A stretch of 64,000 nucleotides of DNA, from contig NC_087246.1 of NCBI RefSeq assembly GCF_037042905.1, forward strand, positions 5,396,001-5,460,000, read 5' to 3'. The translations under genes and the position numbers were made by a program. Below the pieces are notes generated by a model that had not been told where the DNA came from, did no database searches, and saw nothing but the letters and a program-made list of their open reading frames with translations. Each line of letters starts with the position of its first letter. Positions within the stretch are counted from its first letter, which is position 1. Origin of the DNA: Lytechinus pictus (lineage: Eukaryota). Below, in pieces: positions 1 to 13,100 of this stretch.

Positions 1-17
1 TGTTGATGGACGTGCGC

Positions 18-104
18 ATTGGACCAATCAGGATTCGTTATAAGTAGTGCTTGTCTAAATGATGTACCCTAGTCGGAGGCACTTCATAATAGGTCTTTAA
101 TTGG
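18..104 (+). promoter_or_regulatory. Candidate core promoter: back-to-back CCAAT boxes (ATTGGACCAAT 18-28), TATA-like TATAAG 39-44, Inr-like CTAGTC about 69-74, further ATTGG 100-104
   Basis: Motifs read directly; TATA-to-Inr spacing is about 30 nt; about 400 nt upstream of the start codon. No TSS data. Confidence 0.4.
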
Positions 105-452
105 TGTTTCGGCACGATCTCCGATGAATCGACGCAAAGAACTTTTTTTTTACCTCCTTTCCTTCTCATTTCTCACCAGGACGTGAATCTTGGAGATATA
201 AATATAACCATTCTCGCTCTCCCGACACCAAGTTTTTCACGGGTGTATCAAGGTTGGGAATGCGCGCACAGTGGCATTGTTTTTTTTTCTTCCACTCTCT
301 CATACCTCTGTACTTCACCCCCAAAAGCGAGAGCTCTGCTCCGGACTTGAGAAGTTCGTCGCCGACATCGTTCGATTTTGTCGCCCCCTTGGAAGTTTGT
401 AAGCTGCTGATTGTAAGGTTGTTTCTTGACTCGGTAGTGGTGACAAGTTGGA

Positions 453-606
453 ATGATGTATGACGGCAGCGAGGAGTACCTCAACCACCATCGTGCCCGT
501 GCTCACGCCTTTGCTCTCAACAGCATCGTGCCCCCAGCACCTAGGAGCTTCTCCTACCCCGGTCTACCCATGCAATCATCAAACCATAACTCGTTAGGAT
601 TCTCAG
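453..606 (+). CDS. tbx6/16: T-box gene coding exon 1 (MMYDGSEEYLNHHRARAHAFALNSIVPPAPRSFSYPGLPMQSSNHNSLGFS+G)
   Basis: ATG at 453, open for 51 codons plus 1 nt, donor CAG|GTGAGG at 607. Phase 1 matches the exon 2 acceptor (G+AC = Asp). Contains an eh1-like motif. Not in the ORF track. Confidence 0.8.
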
Positions 607-3041
607 GTGAGGTGTAACAAACCCCTTCATACTCGACCCACTTTAACACCTTTCAACAAACACCCGCCCTCTTAATCTATTGCTTCCTAGTCTATCGGAT
701 TACATAACAGATCCAAAATATTGTTTTCAAGATGACAGTTTCAAGCTTCAAAATCTTATTTTAATGTTTATCTTTCAATTTTATCATGTTGTACTTTTAA
801 ATAGTTAGGTATTACAATACACATTCAGTGTATTGTAGTATGGGTATTGCTCCTCCGTATATTTATTGGTTTTGTTTTCATCATAGTCGATGATATGACA
901 GACCAACAGATTACTGTTTATTGGTGTTTCGAGCAAAATTATTGGTATAGCTGTAAAGGGGTGGGGGTAATTTATGAAAACTTTGATCAAGAAGGAAATA
1001 ATGGCTCAAGTACTAAGTTTACTAAAATTATCCTTAATAGTTAAAACGGATTAAATTTAAGTGTAAGAAAATCGTATTTCTTACAAACTGAAGGCATTTC
1101 AATAAACCAATGATACCAAAAGTCATGATAGTACCGCTTAAATCATGCCAAATACGATCAAAATGATTTGATAACTTAGAAACAAGTTACATTTTTTCAT
1201 GTCTGAATATTTGATAGTCCTAGTTCAAAAGCTTTATTTAGCGTGAAAATATATCATCATTGTTATTATTATCATTTTTATTATCATCATCTAGTTGGAA
1301 TGATACATCTTCTCACAATTCAGAATATGAAGTACATGTAATTAAATAATTATAGGGCCTACGAAGAAAATGAAAACTTTGATAATGACTTAAATGTACA
1401 ATAGCTTTCTTTTATCTGACATAGTTTTAATGTTTCTATTTCTTAAGAATAAATTTGTATTGAATTATTAAGGAATTCCGCGAGTATTGTAAGTTCAATG
1501 TGTTTGATTGGAAAGGAGACTGTGCATTTTATTTTTTTTAAGTCATATAATTTTCCAGTTTCCGTTTTATTCAAAACTGGTTTCAAAGTATGTGTAAGCA
1601 ATTAGAGAGTTTAGAATATAGAGTAGAATATACAAGTCATTACCATCTTTAATTAGTACTTTAAGAATAAATCAGCCACAATGGATAAAAGCCAGCGTAT
1701 ACCCCTTTGCGGTCCCCTATTCTTGTTAAATATTTAGAGTGTTGGATACGGCTGAGTGGGACTGGCTGTCACCCTATCTGATGGGTTAGCTATGCACGGG
1801 CTGTGGCGGGCGGCTATATGCTCCTCTGCTCGCCTCTTAGGCTGGCCACAACGACAACCCAATACATCGATCCTCCCCCTCCCTCTCATCCGCCTTCGAC
1901 CCAGAAACTAATGTCTTATTGACACACAGCATTTGCCCAAGCAAAGCATCTTTAGCTACTAGTACCCTCTAATATCCCTAAATTCGTTTATATTACCAGA
2001 AAAAATAGAGAGGGAGATCGTTTGTATATATGCGCTGCGAGTGGATCGTTTGTGTGGGACGTTTGTATGCAAAGACAGTCAAAAGAGTCCAAAAGGTGTC
2101 ATGGTTATTTGTCACTTGCACGAAGTTACACATTTGACAATTTGTCCTCTTTTCATTTTTTTTTATTTCACCACATCGTTGTTGAATAAACGTTTAATAC
2201 ATCAGTGAGTCGTTTGTACACTCGTATAGAGCACACACGAAATTCCCATTGGAATTAGGTTCGTTTTTAAGAGAACAATTCCACGACATGTCTCCAAACA
2301 TGAAGTAGCATGCAAGAGTATTCCCCTTCAAGACCTTCCCCATTTCTCATTGATAAATAGGTAAACCAATAACGTAATGAATATAGGTAAAACCAACAAC
2401 CGATTTTTAGTGCGTGACGTCTTGGTGAGAAATATTTTAAAGGTATATTATTTGATTATTTTGGTTAAGATTAAAAATTGCAAATCACTTCTTATGGCCA
2501 TATAATCCAGAATATCAATAAACTGATAAAAGAACATTAATTTAAATTACTAATTGTATACAGAAATAAAATCAAGATATTGAAATTTGATGGAAGTATC
2601 GAAATGCTAACAAAATATATAAACGTAGTAAAATTATTTTTCGCGAGAAATTGTACAACTTCGCAACACATTCGATATATAATATATTCATATCTGGTAT
2701 TGTGAATAACATGTGGTTTTCTTAGCGCTATATTTCATTAAAATCATATAAAGGTGAACTGTAAAACTATAAATCAATTAAAGATGACAACCGGTCTTCT
2801 TTTTCAACAAACAGATCTTTCATTATTTTCTTCACGAGGTCCAATTTCGATTTGTTTACACATTCGTAATGCCTTTTATTATTTTACTAATCATTCTAAT
2901 TGCAAATCGTCTTTAAAATTGAAGGTTTTTGTTAATTTGCTCATTATCGAGCGTTTTCTGACCAAGCTTTAACACATTTCAGAAGGAAGTATCCCTTCAA
3001 TCACATCAATCGAATGCCAATTATTATTAATTCATTCATTC

Positions 3042-3044
<3 letters not shown>

Positions 3045-3090
<46 letters not shown>
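3045..3090. repeat. (TA)n microsatellite
   Basis: Direct read. Confidence 0.95.
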
Positions 3091-3093
<3 letters not shown>

Positions 3094-4120
3094 CATGATA
3101 TATATTTAAAAATACCATATCTTTACTTCTATATATATATAAATAATAGACAGTAAAATACTACCACATCATTTATGGATCCACAGGATGATCTATAAAT
3201 TTGAGATCAATAGCATTAATGGTTACTTTTCATATTCAAGTTAAAAATTCAATTCATTGAACCATGAAAAATCGCGAAATATGATGCATTACATAATTAT
3301 TATAAAATTGATGAAATGGCAAGGCCAACGTGGAAATCCAAGATTTGTGATATGATCGATTATCACAACGAAACCTTTGTGCAAGTCTTGTAGAGTGTTT
3401 GAAATACATATTAAAAGATGTGCTGAAGTAGAAGTCATTCTGAAGATTGGTGGTATCCCTATCAAGTGGTTCTGAAGAGCTCCTTCACAACTACTTGATA
3501 GCAATGCTAAATCAAGAGAGTATGTCAAACAAGCTAACGTGCTTGCCGTGGCATCACCTTCAATGGACTTCGCTTTACCTATTGTTAACTCAATTCATCT
3601 TTACTCCCATTTAAATAGAATCGTTTATATATGACTAATAAATATGTAGACATTCTTATACCCTCCAAATCAAACATAATTATTCCGAGGTTCTTTTTTT
3701 TCTTCGGTTTTCACTCTTCTGTCCATGATTATGTAGGTTGATTGTCAGGTCTAGTTTGACAGTTTGAGTCGTAATTTCTACTCTCAATACAATTTACAAG
3801 ATTATTACCCAAAATAAAAATATTAGGTATGGCAACGATTTCTTCATGCACCGTGTTTTTACCGCTCATATGCAAAGCATCATCGAAATATTCCTACAAT
3901 TTCGCCTTCTAATGTCACCCCCCCCCCCGTGTTATACGGAATTTTGGAAACTGTTTGCACCCACACATCTAAGAAAAACTTCTTTCTGATGATTATATTA
4001 CGGTTATTTACTTTTTTTTTACTTCATTTAATGATGATCTGAGATGGATTTCTAAAAATCATTTTCAGAATTATTTTACCCCCAAAAGAAAAGAAACTCA
4101 ATTGTGAAAATTAATAAGAT

Positions 4121-4391
4121 TAATAATAATAAGCTGGATTTATAAAGCGCTTTTTGCTTGAGGATACAAAGCGCTGCTATTATTACCCCGGCTTTAGATC
4201 GAGCTACCATCACCGGCGCTCAGTGCATGCAAGGAATTAATCCTGCCGGGTACCCATTCACTCACCTGGGTCGAGTGCAGCAAAGTATGGATAAAATTAT
4301 TGCTGAAGGAAAACACGCCATGGCTAGGATTCGAACCCACGACCCACTGCTTGAAAGGCAAGAGTCAGAACCACTAGACCACGACGCGCCC
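4121..4391 (-). mobile_element. Full-length tRNA-derived SINE (SINE2 type)
   Basis: The reverse complement starts GGGCGCGTCG-TGGTCTAGTGG (A box) … GGTTCGAATCC (B box), has a central CTCGACCCAGGTG…AATGGGTACC domain, and ends AAAGCGCTTTATAAAT…(TAT)n, an L2-like 3' tail. Confidence 0.88.
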
Positions 4392-7300
4392 ACAAAGCTG
4401 AAAAACACAGATCTTTCATATAAAAAAAAATCACTGAATGTACAAAGCTATAGGACGACAGAGATGTAAACAGGGATATATGAATAAACCTGCAATCGCT
4501 GGCAAACCCATAAAATTTCTAAGAAATTAATTGATTGCTTTTGCAGCATGGGATGTAAGAAGGCACATTCCTACTGAAAGACAGTGTGAATCTCACATTC
4601 TTAAAGACTTCATATTGAATTCTTGTTATATTCCCTAAAAATAATGTGCCAATTAGATAGTTACCTATAGGATTTGGTGGAGATATGTCCCTAGACTAAT
4701 AAGCAAAGTTCATCTTAAGGATTCTTTTTTTTTTTACAGAAAATGTAAGAAAGGGCCAAAATTGATTGCAGTGAGAAACACAAACACAAACACAAAGAGA
4801 AAATATATATATATTTTTTTTCTATCAGAAATTGCACATTTCCAGTCAACGTCTGTCTATATTTTGTTGTCATCGATAAACCGAAATGACAAGTCTATTT
4901 CGACGGATTTATGATAATCCTATCATCAAGCTTACAAAGTGTAACACAATAAGCTGAAACAAGAACGATATACAATAACTATATAAAATGAAATAAACAA
5001 TCATAGATCTAATAGAAAAAAAAAAAAAAAACTTATTCCAGAGTAAAATACATGTCATTCGATAATGATGAAATACATGAATGCAGTTGAAATGAGGAGA
5101 TTCTGAACCATTAAAAAAGTTGCTAAAGTTTATCTGTATACATATTATCATGACTATCGTGTGCTCAATATCGTTGTTTGTATTTAAGATGAGCATTTAA
5201 GATGACTCAAGTGGTTGAAAATCGAAAGGATACTTGACAGTGCAGTCATCTTGTTATACTATGATGATTATGTAGCTGGCCCAACCAGCCACGTCCATAC
5301 ACCATCCGTGTGTAGCATACATTTACATACTTTATCACTCTCTCATATTTTATTCATACGCAACGGGTAAAAACGAGGTCCCATCTCGTAGATCCAGGAG
5401 TGACTATTCGCTGCTTCCGCTGACAGTCTTGTCATCACATCCAACGTGTGGAGGTAGACAAGGTTTCCAGTGGATCAGCGACGTTGTGTATGTCACAATT
5501 TATTTTAAAGGGAAATCAAGGTATCCTCAAATGTACGATATTTGAATATTAGAAGAAAAATAATCAACCATTAACAAACGTAATAGGTTTTAGGATCTAA
5601 AGCACGTAAAGAACCTTTTTGCGAACTTTTTTGTCTCGAGGATTCCAAATATGGGATAATAAATTCGCATTTTTTTTTTCTAAAGGTGTATGATTGTATT
5701 ATACTGTAGGCTTGAATTGTAGCAATAGTTCCCATTTTTCCTACCATGATTACACAGAAAAAGGAAAACTATTGAATGCAACATAAAAGGGATAAAAATA
5801 GAAACGAAACAAAGAAATCGCTTTGTTCCAACAATTCGAAATTTTGTATTTCGAGAATATTAACTAAACGACACGTTTTTATCCTTTTCTTACTTATTAC
5901 TCACAGACATAAAAATCTACAAATAGAAAATTAATATTACTTTTAGGATGATGAACCATTACATGATGTTGACATTTATTAGATAAAATAAAACAGACCT
6001 GATACTGGTATTATTATGCTGTTGTTTTATGCTTCTTTATTTATACGGTAGCATTTTTACTGAAAAAGATGATTTTTTTTTCATATTGAAAACATTTCAA
6101 GTATAATTCATATCCAATGGACAGTAAGATTCCGTGTACAGAAACGCTCATTTTCGTTCGATTGCTGTCTTGGTCGAGGTTTACAGGGATGATACAAACA
6201 TTAGTTTCATTTGTTACATGATTAATATCTCTCTGGTGAATTTCATGTTGATTGCATATAATTAATGCGACCCAACTGACCATGTTTACTATTCAAAGTC
6301 AGGATCCTTGACCATAATTTTGAAAGTTAATACTGATATTGGATGACCAAGAAGATATTACTCCAAGGAACACACATGCATTTCAATTACCCAGTAAAAT
6401 TTATGGCTTTCTTTATTGATCGACTAATGTCTAATTTTTGATATTTTTACAAAATGGGCGATGTATCATGTATCAATCACAATTAATACAGAATTGAAAA
6501 TAAAAAGCCTAAAAAATCATCATTTGCTTTATGATTTACATGAGAAAGTTTGAATAGTGTTTTTAATGTGATCTTAACTATAATAATAATGTGGCAAGTG
6601 AAATACAATTAAGTTGCCTTGAACATGATTAACGGTATTGGCAGCTTGGTTGCGTACAAAAAAATCTCATTGACGTTATCATGAATGTTGTTTTGTTAGA
6701 ATCTTTTTGATAATTCTGATAATGCAATAGACCTTTTGATATTAAGCGAGTATGTATCATTTTGAGGAATGTGAAGTACATTTATGTTATAAAATACACA
6801 GTGAACAGCTCATTCTGTCTTCACCCCCCCCCCCCATCTTGTATCTCTCTCTTTCTGTTTCTCATCTCTATCTCTATCTCTCTCTCTCTCTTTCTCTTTG
6901 CTTCTATCCTCTGTTTCGTGTATTATAATTACTATTTTATTTCAACTTTCTCTTCCTCTCACTCATGCTCCGTCTCCAATCATTTTTTAAATAAATTATT
7001 ATCCCTCTCCCCTTCCATCTCCTTGATATACAAAATCATGTTTAAGCTCACCGTAGACTGGATACATTTACATGTATTTACCATCTACTCAATTAGGCCA
7101 ACAATCGAAAACAGTTACTTGCTGCTTGTATAAGCTGTCAAACATGTCAGTGTACATTAATGCCTGCTTAAAAAAAAACATAATTAGTCTTTAACACTGT
7201 ACATCAATCACCTATCCATTCATTGTAGTTACTTTGTACCGACGCCCTCTAAAATTTGTCCTCCATCCACCGTGCACGTCGAATGCTTTTTAATGCGCCC

Positions 7301-8338
7301 CTGATATACAAACGGGTCGATGTTCGGTGCCCCATGTCCGAAAAGGCCGGGGGACGTTATAATGACAATTATCTTTTGACAGCCCCTAACTATTAGATGC
7401 TTGCTCATTAGCAGTTAGTTGTGGACATATTCAGCTCCAGTTCTAATGTACTTTGACATGATATGTGGGAGGGCTACTAAAATGATTTAATCCGTTTGAC
7501 TTCGATTTGTAATGGACATGGGTATATTATGTAATCAATATTGAACGAGTGAGTGACTGGGTGTCATTGAGATTTTGACCTGCCCCCCCCCCCATCCCTT
7601 ACACGAAACACAGCATTTTCGTTCCTTGTCGGCCTTATAGGCCTATATGATTTTACATACACATAATCATAATAATCGATCCCATCATAATTTATATTTC
7701 AAATAAATTTTTGAGTGATATCTGAAAGACCTGATTTATAGATTTAGACAAAAATCTTATTTAGGAATGCAATCCGATGCATTAACGATGATCTTGTTTA
7801 TCTGCTAACAAAATGAGAGTCAGCTTGGAAACTGATTCCTAAAATTCGTTTACGTTCAACCCATGAGTGTGATTAAAAAATATGTGAAACTGTACATCAA
7901 GTTATATCCAGGGATATGATATGCAATTGTAATATTTACATGTATGTCTTCGTTAAGAGAATGATCTAATGATATTTTCTATCATATTCGCATTTCTGCC
8001 ACATACACTGACATAGTTTGTATAAAACGAATGATCCATGAATTTTAGAAACAACCCAATGATCGAATGTGCATCGATCGAACAGGCATATTGATACATA
8101 TTGACAAGGCCGGTGACAATATGATTTACATGTTTTAGGCCTGCATGTTTTAGAGCCATATGCAAGACTTTATTTAAAATCAAGTATTAATCAATTGAAA
8201 AAAAATGTTATCAACGGATAGCTTTTAAATGTGCCCTCTTCAGCAAAATAGAATGATAACTCATCATGCTCATGTAAATATATAAGCAATTATTGAACGG
8301 TAAATAAAATTACTTTTCTCTTATGGCATTTCTTTCAG

Positions 8339-8576
8339 ACCGAAGCAGTCACTTCGGTGATTTCACCCCGTTGCCAGCCCCGCCAGGTGATCACAAAACA
8401 GCGGCAGCTGCTGCGGCAACTCAGCAGATGATGGCCGCAGCGGCAGCGATGCGCCCGCCTGACCTGTCGGCCCAAAATCCTGCAACTAAAGACATCAAGG
8501 TAACGCTTGAAGGGCGTGAACTATGGACAAAGTTTCACGAGATTGGAACTGAAATGATCATCACAAAGGCAGGAAG
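8339..8576 (+). CDS. tbx6/16: T-box gene exon 2: Ala-rich region and start of the T-box (…[29 protein letters not shown])
   Basis: Acceptor tttctttcag|AC at 8338/8339 and donor AAG|GTAAAT at 8577. This is the canonical T-box phase-2 intron in GR/RMFP. Confidence 0.95.
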
Positions 8577-10226
8577 GTAAATCCAGACATATCATACATT
8601 TTCTTGTTTTTCCAGCTTTTTTAAATTAATAAATCGTTCATAGCAAATTTTATGAAAATAAATAGTAAAACATAAGTTTGAAATGTTTTCTAAAACTTAG
8701 CCATATCAGCCTATGTAGGCCTACAATATATTCGAATGAGTTGTTTGAAATGGAATTGACTGTCCTTTGGTCCACATTCTAAATAAATGTCCATATCGCT
8801 GTTTTTCTGTGTAGTTTTTGGTAAATAATTTTATCATGAACCTATACATTTCTCACTTCAAACATGAATGTGATGACATTTTGTTGTTATATTCTAGATA
8901 AGAATGGTAAATTATACGTGCATTTTTCTAATATTTGATTTGATCATCAAAATACACTAGCTCGCTTTATAGCATCTAAAATATGTAGATAAATACATCT
9001 TTTTCTGAATATAGGCCTACGAATCAATAAAATGAGAATTTATGTATGGGAATTTATGCGTAGCGCCGTCATTATACGGCACTTTAACACTAAATAACTA
9101 ATCGATCTTAAAATGCGACAAACCCATAGCAAATATTGCGCTTGTTTATGAAAGATCCCCTTCGCGCCCTATTGTGCCTGGGCGTCAATATACATGACTG
9201 AAGTAATTTGTGGTCATCGCTTTTGTGTGGCGTGAATTCTGTGTGAGTGTGCGTGTGCGTTATTGTGATGTGCGTCCATTTCCGAGTGACCATTTACCAC
9301 GACAACGGAAAACCGGATTTATTAGTAATTTGATGAATGGAAACAGACAAATATCATCCATTATCATTCCGAACAGAATTCATGTCATGGGGAATACTTA
9401 ATTATGCCCATATCTTGCAAGTGCAAGAACACACCGATCTGACCATCTTCTAGGAGGGCCAAAACCATAATTTTATTTATCTGGTCAAAAAAATAAAAAA
9501 AAGGAAATGAAGTAAACTTGTTCATTTCTTATTTTATTCAACTTTCACGAAATTAGGTATAAAATATAAATACCATATTGCTGATGAATTTGGATATATA
9601 TAGGTATAAGATGCCTCCTTTTTATTGTCCACAACGTAAAAACGAAAGCGAAGGAATATCATGACAAGTTCTTTGCCTTATGTTTCTTTTTTTCTAATTA
9701 TAGTTTTGTTTCCGTCATAAAAAGATTTTGAATTGCAGATATTTATTTCAACTTTTACCATGGTTACGAAGTGTTACAAAGCGGTTGCAATTACGTAAAT
9801 AAAGAACTTTTCATTTCAGGAATTCTTCTGACCTATCTGTGTACATTCTATATCTGTATAGTAAACCACAGGGCAGAATAAATATTACAGAGATCACAGT
9901 TAGGGTTTCACAGCTTATGTAAATACAGATAAAGTTCCAATGCAATACATTTGCCACCATACTTTTCATTTCTTTGCTATTATCACCTTTTCAAGTAATT
10001 TCATCCTTGGTATTTCATGAATTTCAGGATCTTTCTACTTGGTGATCTATACCACATATATAGAAATAGAATAAACCCCTCCCCCTACAAAAAAAGTTTC
10101 GATAATACTTTTCATGGATTGGACCATCAAAAGCCAAAGCTGATCAGATTAATTATAAAGATTTTGAAAGATTTATACATGCAATAAAATATTTGATTGG
10201 GTTTATCAATATTTTTCTTTAGTCTA

Positions 10227-10358
10227 TTAATAATGATAATAATAATGCTGATAATAGTAGTAGTAGTAATAATAACAATAATAATAATGATGATGATAAA
10301 AATAACGATAATAATAATAATGATAATAATTGATAACGATATGATTATTATTATTATT
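10227..10358. repeat. Imperfect (AAT/TAG/GAT)n followed by (ATT)n microsatellite
   Basis: Direct read; explains the poly-Ile ORFs. Confidence 0.9.
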
Positions 10359-13047
10359 GTTGTTCTTAATATAACTTTTACTTTGGGATGCGTTTTCATC
10401 ACAAACAACCAATGCACAATAAATCGTTGGATGTATTTTCTCTAGTACGTAAACTTAATAGGCCTACTTTGAAAAGAACTGGGTATGTTCTTAAAATTTG
10501 TATTGTGTGAAGTTTATATCTCAAAACAATCCTGCATCCATGCATCAAATAAATGTGAGGTTTTTTGAGCGATTAAGTTGCAATATATTCGCATTCCGCT
10601 TTCAGAATCTATTGGGGCATGCGGCATTTCGTATTCATCGGAAGTGGCCGTCTGAATTTTACAGATGATAGCTCCTCTTGTCAAAGTTTCTTCTCCACAA
10701 AATATTATTAACCGCAAATATAATCATCAAGAACGATTAAGAGTATAATAGCTGTGTCCATAATCTAGATCTCCGTGTTTCGATTGTTTCTTTACTTTGA
10801 GTCTATTCTTTATTTCCGAGAAGCAAAGTGTGTTAAAAGGGGATGATCGGTGGGGCATTAGAGTGACGACTGAATTCGGAAACTGGGATATGTGGGAAGT
10901 TGTGGAATAACACAAAGAAAGTATATAAATATTTCAGTGTGGTTAGGGCTAGAAAAAAACAATTTACTTTGAAAGTTCTGGACGATCTCTCGCTATTAAG
11001 TGGAGGAGAAGTGGTGTTAATAATTGCTTGTTTCCATTTCACCCTTTATTATTGATTATTGAATGAGTGAAAGGAATTTCAACGCACATGTGATAAGTTG
11101 AGGGTCGTCTTTTCTTTCCCTACTCAACATCCATAGATTATCACAGTAAACATGATACTATTTTACTGTTATAACTGAACTATTTTACTTGATTTCATAC
11201 ACAATTCAAATCGGTGTTTATTCTATAAACCGCACAATTTTCATGTATACCCACAACAAGTCAAACACACCCACCCATTTATGCTATAGTGAAATTCGAT
11301 GTTAAAATCCTCTTCGATAAAACATTAGTTCCTCTGTTATCGATTTACTCCACAGTTGTATTATGAAACAAGAACCACATACTCTTGCTGGTTGCCTCTT
11401 TTTCCCTCAAAAGTTGAAAGATTTGAAAGGAGTCTGAGTTTTTAAAATTCCTGCAAAGAAAATATGCAAGATTTTATCACTAAAACGTATCATAATTATC
11501 AAAATTATAAAGAGCATGTTGTAATCGTATTGATAAATCACCGTTCCATGTGTGTTGAAGTTTCTTTTTTATATTATTCATACACTCGTAAAACACACAC
11601 ACAAAAAATTTCATACGAATTGGCCAATTTGTAAATAATCATTAATTACCCCATGATGTATTTCTAGTACACCAATTGCATCAAAATAAAGTTTGATTCT
11701 ATGAATTACAATATACCTAATAACAACTGAGTTTCTCGTATAACAATTTTTCATTACTCCTCCCCCTTTTCTCCCATTCAAAGCGATTATATTGTACTAT
11801 ACTTAATTTTACACCAGTTTCTCAGCTCCAATTACTAGTCAACTAATAGAGAATATAGGGGGAGATAAAAGGTATTGTTTAAACTAATTTTATCTTAATT
11901 ATTATAGACTAATAAACGATGGACCCAGTGTATCAGTTGTATGTTCTTATCAGCACATTAGGTGAATGTTGCTTATTGAACATGATGTGATACATGCTCG
12001 TTGTTACAAGGATTTTGTTAGAATACCTCCTAACAAACATGGCGGAGTTGTAAGCTGAGTTGTGTTGTCATCTATTGCGATGTGATGATACATAATGAAT
12101 TGAAAGGAATCAGTCCATTTTTACACAGGTAAAACATCTATAAGCAGGCAGCAGTAGTCCCATGAGGGCTATTCATACCCTTGCTTTCAGACGTCGAGAC
12201 CGGTGCATCAAGCTTGTCTCCGCATAATTATTAGGATTATCGAAACAGTTAGATCTTTTGTCCATTGCTCTTTTCATGCTGTTCTCCTCACTCAACTCTC
12301 CCCTTCCTCTTCTATAGAACTGGTCTTAATACACCTATTTAGGCTGGGCTTTAGTCCCGCTATACAACCGCCTTATAGGACTAAAACACTCTTTCTCTGC
12401 CATTCACAATTGCCTTTCAATGCTTCGATTTAATCTTGTTTTTTGCAACCCCCTTCAGTAAAAGAGAGAGCATACATGGTTAAAAAAACGTTTTTGGCAA
12501 ACTGACTGGGCGGAGTTTTATCCCAGGTTGAGATGATGGGAAACTAATTATTTGGCTATTGATGCCTTTGTAATGTAGGCAGAAAATCCATGTGGTCTTT
12601 TTAAGATTCCTGGCAAAGGTGAGGGGTAATGTGAGGTTTCAACTGGAGTGATTATTGACCCTCCTTTAAGGCAATTCACGAAGAAAGGAAAAGGGATATA
12701 CAAAAAAGGGAAATGATGTGGTCGAGGGCACAACAGTTAATTCTTTTTTTCTCTTTTCTCATTCTATCTATGTCTCTCTTTCTCTCCCACTCTCTATTTA
12801 TCTTCCTTTCTCTCACTCACACACACGCACTCACACACCCTCACACACACGTACCCCCTTTCGCGTGCACACCCACACACTCCATGTCTTTCTCTCTATG
12901 CACTCGCCCCTTTTTGTTCACCACATTTTCTCTTCTGACTGGGACTTCTCACTTTTCTATTTTAAACATGTTAAAGAAATATCATTGCACTATTCTTTCC
13001 ATCTCTACCCCTCTCTTATACCCCTTCTCCCTCTCCCTCTCTCTATT

Positions 13048-13050
<3 letters not shown>

Positions 13051-13095
<45 letters not shown>
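13051..13095. repeat. (CT)n microsatellite within a pyrimidine-rich tract
   Basis: Direct read. Confidence 0.95.

Positions 13096-13100
<5 letters not shown>

Noticed and set aside
4158..4469. 103-aa ORF, or a possible tRNA gene on the minus strand
   Set aside because: The ORF is the antisense read of a SINE; the tRNA-like head continues into a SINE body and tail, so it is not a tRNA gene.
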